A stretch of DNA of 64,000 bases. Origin: Thermoanaerobaculia bacterium (GTDB lineage Bacteria; Acidobacteriota; Thermoanaerobaculia; Multivoradales; SZUA-115). Positions 36,563 to 46,203 of this stretch are shown here, piece by piece (within the stretch, counting starts at the first letter, position 1; each line of letters begins with the position of its first letter). The DNA is taken from contig DASUEU010000058.1 of assembly GCA_036274895.1 (NCBI GenBank), positions 84,885 through 148,884 of the forward strand. Direction: 5' to 3'. Made by a program: the position numbers and the translations under genes. The notes under the pieces are model-generated. The model saw only the letters and a list, made by a program, of their open reading frames with translations, searched no databases and had not been told where the DNA came from.

Positions 36563-36730
36563 GGTTCCTCCTGGTTTGAGATGTCAGTCGCACCCCTAAG
36601 TGGGGCGCAGGACACGTTGCCGGTGATCCGATCAGCCCCCACCTCAGGAGCTGCTTCAAGACTCAACGGGCTTTGACGGCGGTATCTTACACAGGACGGC
36701 CACCGACCTCAACCCGGTTTCTCGCCCCAA

Positions 36731-36766
36731 ACGAAAAAAGGGCGAGGGCCGCAGCGGCCCTCGCCC
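36731..36766 (-). terminator. rho-independent terminator downstream of secreted paralog gene
   Basis: The minus strand reads gggcgagggcc-gctgc-ggccctcgccc followed by TTTTTTCGTTT. Confidence 0.6.
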
Positions 36767-36789
36767 TCTTGGCGTCCCTCGGGAATGGC

Positions 36790-38064
36790 TTAGAAGCCGC
36801 CGCCGATCAAGATGTCGTTGACACCCGGCGCCGTGACGTTGCTCAGCTGGAAGGCGTCGAAGCCCACGCTGAAGCGGCCGTTGGCGTCCATGATCGCCGT
36901 CACCCAGTTCTGCATCTCAGGCTCGAACGGCACCTGGCTGCCCGCCACGGTGGAGTTCAGGTTGAGGTACAGCCAGCCGAAGTCGAACGGCACCGGGAAG
37001 TCCGCGCCGCCCACGGCCACGCGGTTGGCCTCCCAGGGGAAGGGGATCAGGGAGGTGCCGGGGATCGCCGGCGAGAAGGGCGACTGCACCGGGATGTCCG
37101 GGTTCTCCTGCTCGTCGAAGATCACGATCTGGTCCTGGCCGAGCTGGAACGGGCTCGGGAAGGGCAGGGCGCAGCTGAAGGGAGCGATGCTGCGCTTGGA
37201 GTCGCGCCACACCACCAGGTCAGTGCCACCGTCGAAGGCGCCGCCGTTCAAGAACCGGACGAAGAACAGGTTGTCCAGACCCTCGCGGTTGTCGTCACCG
37301 GCGGTGAACTTGCGGTAGAAGGTGTAGTTGTTCACATTCAGGGTGGAGTCGGCCTCGATGTGCACCATCGTCTCGCCCTGGGCGAAGTTCTGGGCCGAGT
37401 TGACGTAGAAGTAGTCGCCCAGCAGCACGTTCTGGTTGGTGGCAATGCCGAGGCCGCCGCCGACGAAGTAGCCGACGTCGCCGGGGAACTGCAGGGTGCA
37501 CTGGTTCACCGTGTCGACGGTGACGTAGCCGCGGGCGATGTTGTCGCCATGGTCGACGCCCGAGCACAGGCCACCGAAGACGATCGGCGAGCCCTGGCCG
37601 GTGTGGGCCGCCCGGATGTGGTCGAGAAGGGTCGCCGGCAGGTTCGGCAACGGGAGCTGGCCGCTGCAGCTGGCGAAGTTGATGTCCTGGGAGAAGTCAC
37701 CCTTGGGGCTGATGGTGTCGCCCGGATCCTGGCCTGCCGAAGCCGTCCGCGGCACCGAGCCGGTGGTGAACAGGTCGCGGAGGTTGAAGGACTGCACGTC
37801 GTACCCGGTCAGGTAGACGTTGAAGTCCAGGGTCGGCACCGAGAGGTCGGTCCACAGGGTGACGTGGGCCAGCACCGCGGTGGCGGAGGCGTTGTTGATC
37901 GAGAAGAGAGTGGTGACGCCGTTGGGGTCGTCGAGATCGACCTCGAAGTACGGCAGCAGCAGGGTCGCCGCCGGCACGTCGTCGATGGTGCCGATCTCGG
38001 CGCGGACCTGCCCGGCACCGGCCACCAGGCCGAGCAGGGCGAGAACGAGAACGATGCGCTTCAT
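36790..38064 (-). CDS. secreted hypothetical protein, tandem paralog B
   Basis: Signal peptide MKRIVLVLALLGLVAGAGQVRA. 424 aa, collinear with paralog A. Confidence 0.7.
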   Translation of the reverse strand: MKRIVLVLALLGLVAGAGQVRAEIGTIDDVPAATLLLPYFEVDLDDPNGVTTLFSINNASATAVLAHVTLWTDLSVPTLDFNVYLTGYDVQSFNLRDLFTTGSVPRTASAGQDPGDTISPKGDFSQDINFASCSGQLPLPNLPATLLDHIRAAHTGQGSPIVFGGLCSGVDHGDNIARGYVTVDTVNQCTLQFPGDVGYFVGGGLGIATNQNVLLGDYFYVNSAQNFAQGETMVHIEADSTLNVNNYTFYRKFTAGDDNREGLDNLFFVRFLNGGAFDGGTDLVVWRDSKRSIAPFSCALPFPSPFQLGQDQIVIFDEQENPDIPVQSPFSPAIPGTSLIPFPWEANRVAVGGADFPVPFDFGWLYLNLNSTVAGSQVPFEPEMQNWVTAIMDANGRFSVGFDAFQLSNVTAPGVNDILIGGGF

Positions 38065-38252
38065 GGATCCTCCTGGTTAGAGAGCGCGGAGCGTCCCTTC
38101 CAGGGGACGCGAGCCAGCAACCGCCGCAAGTGAGCAGCGGTCACGAGCGCGGGATTGTACACAGCGCGGGAGCCGACCACAAGGGGTTTGGAGCGAGGAA
38201 GGGCCGCCGAGGCGGGTAGCCCCGGCGGCGGGGGGAAGGGGGAGGAGGCGGG

Positions 38253-41237
38253 CTAGCGGAAGCTGACGCGCGCCCCGAGGCGGAAGACCCGGGGGCTCAC
38301 GACCTCGCGGACAAAGTCGCCGACCCCGGCACCGACCTCTGTCTCGCGCTGGAGCACCTCGTTGTTGTTGAGCAGGTTGAAGCCGTCGAGTGAGAGGGCC
38401 AGGGCCCACTCACCGAGCTGGAGCTCCTTCTCGACGCGGGCGTTCACCACGTACACGTCCTCGGCGCGGTAGCGCTCGACGTCGTCAACCACCAGGACGT
38501 TGCGCCCTCCGAGGCCGTCACCCAGGTCGACCTCGAGGTTGTAGGGCAGGGGGTAGCCCTCACGGCCGCTGACGTTGGCCGCCAGGTTGAAGCCCCAGGG
38601 CTGGTCGGGCGCGACCTGATAGAGGCCGGCGACGTTGAACGACCAATCGCTGTTGATGAAGACGTTGCCGAACTGGCCGGAAGTGTTGCCCGCTCCGAGC
38701 AGGACCGCGCCGCCGTCCTCGAATCTGCCGGGCAGCAGGCGGGTGGGATCCTCCAGCTCGGAGTCGGCCACGTCCCAGGTCCAGTCGCTATAGGTGACGT
38801 GGGCCCGCAGCATCCAGCCCTGGGCCAGGCGCTTGTGGGCGGTCAGGCTGTAGCCGGCGTAGTCCTGCTCGCGGTCGCTGTTGTTGAGGTACAGGCCGCC
38901 GTTGAACGAGCGGCCCGGCTTCAGGGTGTAGACCGGCGCGCTGTAGGGAGTGCCATCCGGCAGGGTGCCCGTGAGCACCGTGCCGACCTCGTAGTCCGCG
39001 GCGGTATGCGGCCGGCCAATCGAGCCCAAGGGAGAGCCTTCGTCGATGATCAGGCGGTCGAGGTCGAGCACGCCCGAGTAGCGGCGGAAGGTCGCCGACA
39101 GCCCGACCATGAGCTCCGGACGCAGGGAGTGCTCCACGGCGAGAACCACCTCGTTGGTGATCGGCGCCTCGAGGTTCGGGTCCGTGGCGTTGATGGTGCG
39201 CAGTCCCCCCAGCTGGGGATCGATGCCGGCATAGCCGATGAAGGCCCCGACCTCGTCGGGAGTGATCGCCAGGTCGCCGTTGTCGCCCCAGGCGAAGAAG
39301 CCGTACTGGTAGTTGGCCGGGTTGGTGTTCGAGACCGTCCCGGAGGCGAGCTGATCGGCGAATCGCGAATAGGAGGCGCGCAGCAGGGTCTTGCGCTGCT
39401 CACCCAGGGCATAGGTCAGGCCCAGGCGGGGGGAAAGGTCGTCCCACTCGAAGCCAGGGTCGCCACCGGCGAAGGCGCCGCCACTCGGCACCACGTTGCC
39501 GGCCTCGTCGCGGATGGGCACCGGCGCGGCGGGGATCGTCGAGGGGTTGTTGTGGCCCTGCTGGAGGTCCCAGCGCAGCCCGAGGTTGGCCACCAGGCTA
39601 CCCAGGGTCAAGGTGTCCTGCACATAGGCGGTGCTGTACTCGACCTCGTCCGAGACGTTGCGGTCGGTGCGGGTGAAGCCGACATAGCAGTTGGGGTTGC
39701 CGTCGCAGAAGAAGTCCGGCAGGCCCTGGTCGGCGCGGCCGACGATCTGCAGGCCCGGCCAGGTCGAGAAAGACTCCACAGTGGCCTTGCGGTACCCGAC
39801 GCCGAATCGCAGCTCGTGGCTGCTCGCGCCGACCTGAAAGAAGTAGTTGCCATCGACCTTGGCTTGCTCCTGCGGGCGATCGGTCGAGACGCCGAGGAAG
39901 CTGTTCTGCCAGACCCGGTCCGGCTGGCGGACCACGTTCGGGAAGGAGGGGTCACCGAACCCGCCGCCCACCGGCTCGAGGGCGAAGCCACCGCCCACGT
40001 AGGAGGCCATGCCGGTCAAGAAGAAGCTCGCGCCGAAGATCTGGGTATCCTCGAGCTTGTAGATGTCGGTGGGGCCGCTCTGGTTCCAGGTCGTCGGGGC
40101 GGGGCGCAGGGGGCTGGCGTTGCGCCCGCTCTTGATCTTGTCGCCGTAGTGATAGAAGGCGGTGAGCGAGTTGCTGTCCGAAAGCTGCGCGTTGACCTTC
40201 GCCGCCCAGCTCTCGAGCTTGGTGGTGTCGTGGGACCCTGGGCCAGTCGAGCCCCGCACGCCGGCCAAGGTCAGCAGGTCAATGTCCTGCACACCGTAGG
40301 AACCCCAGGCCCAGACGCGGTCCTTGACCACCGGTCCACCGGCCTCGACACCATAGTCGAGGATCTCGACGATGGCGTTGCCCTGCTCGAAGCGCTCCTG
40401 GCCGGGACCGAGATCCGAGGCGTCGAAGTCGAGGTCCGACTGCCACGAGTCGTCGGTCACCAGGTAACGACCGGATCCCCGCAGCTCGTTGGTACCGCGC
40501 TTGATCACCATGTTCATCGCGACACCGGCGGTGCCCAGCGAAACGTCACTGCCGCCGGTCGAGACCTGCATCTCCTCGAAAGAATCGAAGTTGTAGTACG
40601 AGGGGGAAGAGCCGATGGCTCCCATGTCGGTGATGGTGACGCCGTCCACCAGCCACACCGAGTTGTCGTCGCTCGTGCCCGGGCTGATGTAGGTCGCCTG
40701 CTGGCCGCTCTGGTTGCCACCGACGTTGATGCCATTCGTCAAAACCGCCGGTGTCATCGCCAGCAGCGCCCAGGGATCTCGCGCCGTGGGGATTTGCTCG
40801 AGCTCGACCTGCGAGAAGGTCGGGCCCACGTTGATCTTGCGTTCGTCGACAACCGGGCTGGCCTCGGCGATGACCTCGATCACCGCTTCGAGGCTGGGGC
40901 GGAGCTGGAAATCGAGAGAGGTGTTCCTGCCGGTGGTGATGGTGACGTTCGGGTTCTCGACGGTGGCGAAGCCCGCGAGCTCGACGTTGACCGTCCAGAC
41001 CCCCGGCGCGAGGCCGAGGAAGCGGAACTCCCCGAGATCGTTGCTGTTCTGCGTCTGCGTGGCGCCCAGGCCGGAGAGGGTGATGGTCGCGCCGGGCAAG
41101 GGCTCGCCGGTTTCGGTCATGACCTTGCCGTAGAGATTGCCGCTCTGGACCTGTGCCCAACCGGGAACGGCTCCGAACAGAGCGATGGCGACCGTCGCGA
41201 GAGTGAAACGGCTCCAGCGGAAAAGATTTCCTTTCAT
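38253..41237 (-). CDS. TonB-dependent receptor-like outer-membrane protein with N-terminal CarboxypepD_reg domain
   Basis: Real start MKGNLFRWSRFTLATVAIALFGAVPGWAQ at ATG 41237 with a GAGGAGGA RBS. A CarboxypepD_reg domain (GKVMTETGEPLPGATITL) is followed by plug and barrel regions ending in a terminal F. Confidence 0.8.
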   Translation of the reverse strand: MKGNLFRWSRFTLATVAIALFGAVPGWAQVQSGNLYGKVMTETGEPLPGATITLSGLGATQTQNSNDLGEFRFLGLAPGVWTVNVELAGFATVENPNVTITTGRNTSLDFQLRPSLEAVIEVIAEASPVVDERKINVGPTFSQVELEQIPTARDPWALLAMTPAVLTNGINVGGNQSGQQATYISPGTSDDNSVWLVDGVTITDMGAIGSSPSYYNFDSFEEMQVSTGGSDVSLGTAGVAMNMVIKRGTNELRGSGRYLVTDDSWQSDLDFDASDLGPGQERFEQGNAIVEILDYGVEAGGPVVKDRVWAWGSYGVQDIDLLTLAGVRGSTGPGSHDTTKLESWAAKVNAQLSDSNSLTAFYHYGDKIKSGRNASPLRPAPTTWNQSGPTDIYKLEDTQIFGASFFLTGMASYVGGGFALEPVGGGFGDPSFPNVVRQPDRVWQNSFLGVSTDRPQEQAKVDGNYFFQVGASSHELRFGVGYRKATVESFSTWPGLQIVGRADQGLPDFFCDGNPNCYVGFTRTDRNVSDEVEYSTAYVQDTLTLGSLVANLGLRWDLQQGHNNPSTIPAAPVPIRDEAGNVVPSGGAFAGGDPGFEWDDLSPRLGLTYALGEQRKTLLRASYSRFADQLASGTVSNTNPANYQYGFFAWGDNGDLAITPDEVGAFIGYAGIDPQLGGLRTINATDPNLEAPITNEVVLAVEHSLRPELMVGLSATFRRYSGVLDLDRLIIDEGSPLGSIGRPHTAADYEVGTVLTGTLPDGTPYSAPVYTLKPGRSFNGGLYLNNSDREQDYAGYSLTAHKRLAQGWMLRAHVTYSDWTWDVADSELEDPTRLLPGRFEDGGAVLLGAGNTSGQFGNVFINSDWSFNVAGLYQVAPDQPWGFNLAANVSGREGYPLPYNLEVDLGDGLGGRNVLVVDDVERYRAEDVYVVNARVEKELQLGEWALALSLDGFNLLNNNEVLQRETEVGAGVGDFVREVVSPRVFRLGARVSFR

Positions 41238-41626
41238 GCGTCCTCCTCGGCGAACTTCGGGGTTCGCCTGCTCCGCAAGGTCACTTGCGGTGTTCGTGAG
41301 GTCCGCGGCGCCGCGGCTGCGAGTCTTCGTCGGCTCTCGGCGCTGCCCCCGATGGGCCGGCCGGTGAGACGTTCTCGACACGAGACACTCAGAGCAACGA
41401 CTGTGCCAGTGTTTTAGAAACATTTTCCTGAACGAGTGATTCAAACCTCTGGAGCCGAGGCCGAGGGGCTCAATGCCGCTCGGTGGGGCCATCGTCGCCA
41501 GCCGGCGTAGACCAGTCCGGGGAGAGGGTGGGATGAGATCCAGAGACTTGAATCGCGGGGCGGCTCGTCGCTGGGCTCCGGTGGCCGTCGACGTCCAAGC
41601 GGGCGGACGGCGCCGATCCAATTCCC

Positions 41627-42055
41627 GTGGCGGCCCCGTCCCTGCTTGACACCAATTCGGCTGGCACCTACAATTGCACCATGACGCAAACGTGCAATCT
41701 GGGCGATCGACACGCCTGCTGCGCCCAGGTGGGTGCCCTGCTCCGGCCGGAGCTGTTCCGGGCCCTCGCCGACCCGACCCGCCTGGCGGTGCTGCTCCGG
41801 CTCGTTGAGCTCGGCCGGCCGGCCACCGTGTCCGAGATCGCCTGCTGCTGCCCGATCGACCTTTCCGTGGTCTCTCGCCATCTGGCGGCCCTCAAGGCCG
41901 CGGGAATCACTACCTCCAAGAAGGAAGGCAAGGAGGTGCGCTACCGCGTGCTCTATGCCTCGCTGGCCGCAACCCTGCGCGAGCTGGCAGCGACGATCCT
42001 CGCCTGCTGCCCGTCGCAAGAGGACCCGGAACCCAACCCAGGAGAAACTCCATGA
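41627..42055 (+). CDS. arsR: ArsR/SmtB-family metalloregulator
   Basis: Winged-helix block ELFRALADPTRLAVLLRL with Cys pairs. The start is either GTG 41627 or ATG 41681. Its stop overlaps the arsM start as ATGA. Confidence 0.8.
   Translation: MAAPSLLDTNSAGTYNCTMTQTCNLGDRHACCAQVGALLRPELFRALADPTRLAVLLRLVELGRPATVSEIACCCPIDLSVVSRHLAALKAAGITTSKKEGKEVRYRVLYASLAATLRELAATILACCPSQEDPEPNPGETP
41652..41668. repeat. dispersed motif copy (arsR 5' region)
   Basis: ccaattcggctggcacc. Confidence 0.7.
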
Positions 42056-42888
42056 GTCGTCCCGAAGAGGTCCGTTCCACTGTCACGGCTTCCTACACCC
42101 GAGCCGTCCTCCAACTCGGTACCGGCTGCTGTGGCGGAGGCGCCAAGGGCGTCGCCGCCCGAGTTGCCGGCTACCAGAGCGAAGAGCTCGCCGCGCTGCC
42201 CGCCGACGCGGTCGCCAACTCCTTCGGCTGCGGCAATCCCGTGGCCTTCGCCGGTGTCCAGGAGGGCCAAGTCGTGCTCGACCTCGGCTCCGGCGCCGGC
42301 ATCGACCTCCTCCTCGCAGCCCGCAAGGTCGGGCCGACCGGCAAGGTCATCGGCGTCGACATGACCGAGGCCATGATCGAGCGGGCCCGGGCCAACGCCG
42401 CGGCGGCCGGACTCTCCAACGTGGAGGTACGCCGCGGGATCATCGAAGAGCTGCCAGTCGAATCTTCTTCGGTCGACTGGGTGATCTCGAACTGTGTGAT
42501 CAACCTCTCCCCCGAGAAGGACCGCGTCTTCGCCGAGATCGCCCGCGTGCTCAAGCCGGGCGGGCGAGTGCTGGTGTCGGACATCGTGGCGGAGGACCTC
42601 CCCGCCGCCGTGCGTGAGAACCCCGACCTCCACTGCCAGTGCGTGGCGGGGGCGATCTCTGAAGCCGAGTACCTGGCAGCACTCGAACAGGCTGGCTTCA
42701 CCGAGGCCAGTGTCGAGGATCGCCTGTTCTACGACCCCGAGCAGCTCCAGGCCCTGGTCGAGTCCGAGCTGGCCGGGCAGGCAGCTTCCTGCTGCGGCAG
42801 CTCCCTCGCCGACCTCTCGGCCGACCTCGTCGCCTCCTTCGCCGGCAAGGTGTGGAGCGCGCGGGTATCCGCCACCAAGCCGGTCTGA
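42052..42888 (+). CDS. arsM: arsenite S-adenosylmethionine methyltransferase
   Basis: SAM-MTase motif VLDLGSGAG. ArsM cysteine pairs (GCCGGG, FGCGNP, CQC, SCCG) and VISNCVINL are present. Confidence 0.85.
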   Translation: MSRPEEVRSTVTASYTRAVLQLGTGCCGGGAKGVAARVAGYQSEELAALPADAVANSFGCGNPVAFAGVQEGQVVLDLGSGAGIDLLLAARKVGPTGKVIGVDMTEAMIERARANAAAAGLSNVEVRRGIIEELPVESSSVDWVISNCVINLSPEKDRVFAEIARVLKPGGRVLVSDIVAEDLPAAVRENPDLHCQCVAGAISEAEYLAALEQAGFTEASVEDRLFYDPEQLQALVESELAGQAASCCGSSLADLSADLVASFAGKVWSARVSATKPV

Positions 42889-44321
42889 GCACCCTCCCCC
42901 ACCTCGGCGCCCGGTCCAACCCCCGGCGCCGAGCCCTCCTCCTCGGAGGTGCCAGCCGCTTTGGGAACGGGCGGCTCGACAGAGTTGCCCGAAGCCTCGA
43001 CGAGAGGCCCCGGCTCGCCCTTGTGCTCTGCTCGGCCAGGCGCTTCGGTGGCCGCCAGGACGAACGAGTTGTTCTCGACGACCACCTCGGCAGCCCCGTC
43101 CGCGACCACCCGCCCCCCTTCGAAGCGGTTCCTGGACACCACGAAACGAGGGAGACGAAGCCCCGGCCCGCGGACCTTCCAGCGGATCTCCTCGCCGCTG
43201 CTCAACCGATTGCCGACCACTGTGACCCGGCCCCCGAAAGCTGGGTCCAGCCCCCCTCGCAGGCGCAACGCCAGGAACGTTCCACCGCCCTTGGAGAAGT
43301 TGTCTTCGATCGCCACGTCGCCGTTCCAGCCGAGATTGACGGTCGCGACCGCTGCGTTGTGGAGATCCTCGAAGCGATTGGCGACAACATGCGTCCCCCG
43401 GTTCTTCGCCGAGAAGGTCACCGCACCATCGCTGTGCCCCGCTTCTCGGTGCCTCCTCCCCAGCGCGCTGAAGCTGTTGCCCTCGATCAGCACACCAGTG
43501 GTCGCCGAGAGATGGACTCCCGCCCCGGCCCCACCATGAAACTGGTTGCCGGTGAGCTGGACGTCATTGGCTGAGAAGAGCTGTACAGCGTCGCCCCAGG
43601 AATCGACGAAGCGACATCCTGTCACCGCCAACCTGCGCCCCATCAAGAGGAGGGACTCTCCCCGCTGCCAGGCCACGTATTGGTGATTCCCCCGGTAGTT
43701 CCCATCGAAGATCAGCCCCTCGACCCTGAACCCGTCGACCGGCGCCCAGGCACGCACCAGGGAGGCGATCGTGACCACCCGATCGCCCGCTCGGTAACCT
43801 CGGCCGAGCTGTGCGCCCAGGATCAGCCGGCGGCCGCTGTCGACGCTGAGCACCCGCAACCGCCGGTGCGGACCTTCGCCGTCGGCCATGGCCAGACCCG
43901 CGACCGGCGTCACGTAGAAGCCGGGCCGGAACGCTGAAGCATCTTCGAGCTCGACGGCGGTGGCCCCCGCCGCCACGTCGTTCAGCAAGCGAGCCACCAC
44001 GCTGTCCATCCTCAGGAGGGTGGCTCCCCGGCCGACCCAGCGTTGACCTGGCAGGGGTCGGAGCTCGCTGCACAGCCGGTAAACCCGATCCGGCTCGAAA
44101 AGCACCACTCCCCCCACTCCCGCGGCCGCGACCACGGCCTGGAGGCGCCCCTCCTCGCAGCCGGTGTCCTGACCAGCGCCAAACCGAAAACCCGATACCT
44201 CAACAGTCCGCGGCAGCAGGGGGTGCGGCAAGCCACGGGAAGGCGCTGCAGCAAGCAGCGATGTGAGGCCGGCGGCGAGCCAGAGCAGGGATCGCTTGCC
44301 AGGGCGGGTGTTCTCCCTCAT
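42729..44321 (-). CDS. secreted right-handed beta-helix (pectate-lyase-like) repeat protein
   Basis: Signal peptide followed by repeated GN-rich beta-helix turns (NDVQLTGNQFHGG.., IEGNSF.., IEDNFS..). The 3' 160 nt overlap the arsM 3' end convergently, and the low-complexity C-tail may be non-functional. Confidence 0.6.
   Translation of the reverse strand: MRENTRPGKRSLLWLAAGLTSLLAAAPSRGLPHPLLPRTVEVSGFRFGAGQDTGCEEGRLQAVVAAAGVGGVVLFEPDRVYRLCSELRPLPGQRWVGRGATLLRMDSVVARLLNDVAAGATAVELEDASAFRPGFYVTPVAGLAMADGEGPHRRLRVLSVDSGRRLILGAQLGRGYRAGDRVVTIASLVRAWAPVDGFRVEGLIFDGNYRGNHQYVAWQRGESLLLMGRRLAVTGCRFVDSWGDAVQLFSANDVQLTGNQFHGGAGAGVHLSATTGVLIEGNSFSALGRRHREAGHSDGAVTFSAKNRGTHVVANRFEDLHNAAVATVNLGWNGDVAIEDNFSKGGGTFLALRLRGGLDPAFGGRVTVVGNRLSSGEEIRWKVRGPGLRLPRFVVSRNRFEGGRVVADGAAEVVVENNSFVLAATEAPGRAEHKGEPGPLVEASGNSVEPPVPKAAGTSEEEGSAPGVGPGAEVGEGAQTGLVADTRALHTLPAKEATRSAERSARELPQQEAACPASSDSTRAWSCSGS
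42948..42964. repeat. dispersed motif copy (3' tail of beta-helix ORF)
   Basis: ggtgccagccgctttgg. Confidence 0.6.
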
Positions 44322-44356
44322 CGAGCAGGCAGCCTATCTCGACAAGAGCAGGCCAG

Positions 44357-44373
44357 GGTGCCAGCCGCCTTGG
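44357..44373. repeat. dispersed motif copy (between beta-helix and RAYT gene starts)
   Basis: ggtgccagccgccttgg. Confidence 0.6.
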
Positions 44374-44431
44374 GAGAAGGGAGCTCGACCCGCCTCTTCG
44401 GGGCGCTGCCGCTGTTTTCCGTCTAGTACAA

Positions 44432-45352
44432 GTGATGGCTCGTCCGCTGCGCTACACCGTCCCCGGATCCCTCATGGAGGTCACCATGCGAACCCTCCAA
44501 GGCAGGTTCCTGCTCAGACCCTCCACCCGGTTGAACCAGATCATCGCGGGCTGCCTGGGGCGAGCCCAAAAGCGCCATGGCATGGCGATACACGGCTGCG
44601 TCTTCCTCTCGAACCACTTCCATCTCTTGCTCAGTCCTTCGGATGCCCACCAACTCGCCCGTTTCATGAACCACTTCGCTTCGAAGCTCGCTCGGGAGGT
44701 GGCCAGGCTCTACGGCTGGCGGGAGCACGTGTGGGGACGCCGCTACCAGGCCATCCCGGTCAGCGACGAGGAGCCGGCTCAAGTAGGGCGCCTGCGCTAT
44801 CTCCTCGCGCACGGCTGCAAGGAGTCACTTGTCGAGCGCCCCGAGGACTGGCCGGGGGTGAACTGCGCTCGGGCTCTGGCAACGGGAGAGACCCTCTGCG
44901 GTGTCTGGCAGGACCGCTCGGCGGAGGCTGTCGCCCGCCACGAGGGTCGAGAGATCGATCCGTCGCGTTTCGCCGTGGCGGAAGAAGTGCGCCTCTCAGC
45001 CCTGCCCTGCTGGGCCCCCCTGTCGCCGGCTGAGTACCGGCAGCGCGTTCAGCAGCTACTGGAGGAGATCACGCACCACTACGCAGCCGAGCGAGCTCGC
45101 CAGGGCATCCGCTGCCTTGGCGCCCGGTGGGTGCTGCGCCAACACCCCCACTCTCGACCCAAGATCCTGCCGAGACGGCACGCACCGAGGATCCACGCGT
45201 TCACCTCCGAGGCCAGGAGGGCCTTTCAAGAGGCCTATCGAGCCTTCGTCCACACCTTTCGACTTGCTGCGCGGCGACTGCGGGCAGGTGACCTGGCCGT
45301 CCGGTTCCCGCCGTGGAGCTTTCCCCCACCTCTGCCCCTGCCCACCGGCTGA
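44432..45352 (+). CDS. IS200/IS605-like Y1 HUH transposase (RAYT-like)
   Basis: N-terminus MARPLRYTVPG.. and HUH motif FLSNHFHLLLSP. The Tyr motif HVWGRRYQAIPV resembles the RAYT WQRGYY block. Confidence 0.6.
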   Translation: MMARPLRYTVPGSLMEVTMRTLQGRFLLRPSTRLNQIIAGCLGRAQKRHGMAIHGCVFLSNHFHLLLSPSDAHQLARFMNHFASKLAREVARLYGWREHVWGRRYQAIPVSDEEPAQVGRLRYLLAHGCKESLVERPEDWPGVNCARALATGETLCGVWQDRSAEAVARHEGREIDPSRFAVAEEVRLSALPCWAPLSPAEYRQRVQQLLEEITHHYAAERARQGIRCLGARWVLRQHPHSRPKILPRRHAPRIHAFTSEARRAFQEAYRAFVHTFRLAARRLRAGDLAVRFPPWSFPPPLPLPTG

Positions 45353-45448
45353 CTTGGAGGCGCCACGCGGATCGCAGCTGGGGCGGCAAGGTGCTCCGTC
45401 ACGGTCGACGATGCTACGCTCCGGCGCACCAACGCCTCGAGAGTCGCC

Positions 45449-46159
45449 ATGTACCGACACATCGACTCATCCAAGGTCCAGGGCACCCTGGGCCAGCTGG
45501 GACGACGAATCTCTGAGCGCTTTCCCAACTCGGGGCTGTCCAAGGTCTGCGCCGAGATCGAGCTGGTGGCCCGCGAGACCGAGGAGCACTGCAGCTGGAT
45601 CGCCCGCCCTCAGTGGTCCATCCGTGCCGCCGTCGGCGCAGTGATCCTGATCGCCGCGCTGGGCCTGGCGAGCGTCTTCGTGCGTCTCCAGGTCCGGGTC
45701 GAGAGCCTGGACGTGAGCAATATCCTCCAGGGAGCCGAGGCTGCCACGAACGAGTTGGTGCTCCTCGGCCTCGCCGCGGTCTTTCTCGCCGGAGTCGAGA
45801 GTAGGGTCAAGCGAAAGCGAGCCCTGCAAGGGCTCCACCAGCTACGCGCTCTGGCGCACGTGGTCGATATGCACCAGCTGACGAAAGACCCGGAGAGCTC
45901 CGTGTTCCCCGGCCGCAGCACGCCATCCTCTCCCCAACGCAACCTCTCCCCCTTCGAGATGGTGCGCTACCTCGACTATGCGAGCGAGATGCTGGCCCTG
46001 ATCGGCAAAGTCGCCGCGGTCTACGCTCAGCACTTCGACGACCCAGCGGTCCTCGCCGCGGTCAACGACATCGAGGACCTGACCACCAACCTCTCGCAGA
46101 AGATCTGGCAGAAGGTGACGATCGTCGAGAGCTTGCGCGATCGCGCGGGGTCCCACTAA
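45449..46159 (+). CDS. hypothetical 2-TM membrane protein
   Basis: 236-aa ORF with ATG start and two hydrophobic helices. I recognise no family. Confidence 0.45.
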   Translation: MYRHIDSSKVQGTLGQLGRRISERFPNSGLSKVCAEIELVARETEEHCSWIARPQWSIRAAVGAVILIAALGLASVFVRLQVRVESLDVSNILQGAEAATNELVLLGLAAVFLAGVESRVKRKRALQGLHQLRALAHVVDMHQLTKDPESSVFPGRSTPSSPQRNLSPFEMVRYLDYASEMLALIGKVAAVYAQHFDDPAVLAAVNDIEDLTTNLSQKIWQKVTIVESLRDRAGSH

Positions 46160-46203
46160 GCGGTCGTCGCCCAGGACGCGAGGTCTCCCAACTCGGCGGT
46201 CAC

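Noticed and set aside
41652-41690. Sigma-54 promoter reading of the motif at arsR (TGGCAC N ATTGCA) and of ttatggcacatcggcatgc at 19487-19505
   Set aside because: The GG to GC spacing is 11 nt, not the required 10. The element abuts or overlaps the start codon. The same TGGCACC core occurs inside ORFs in both orientations.
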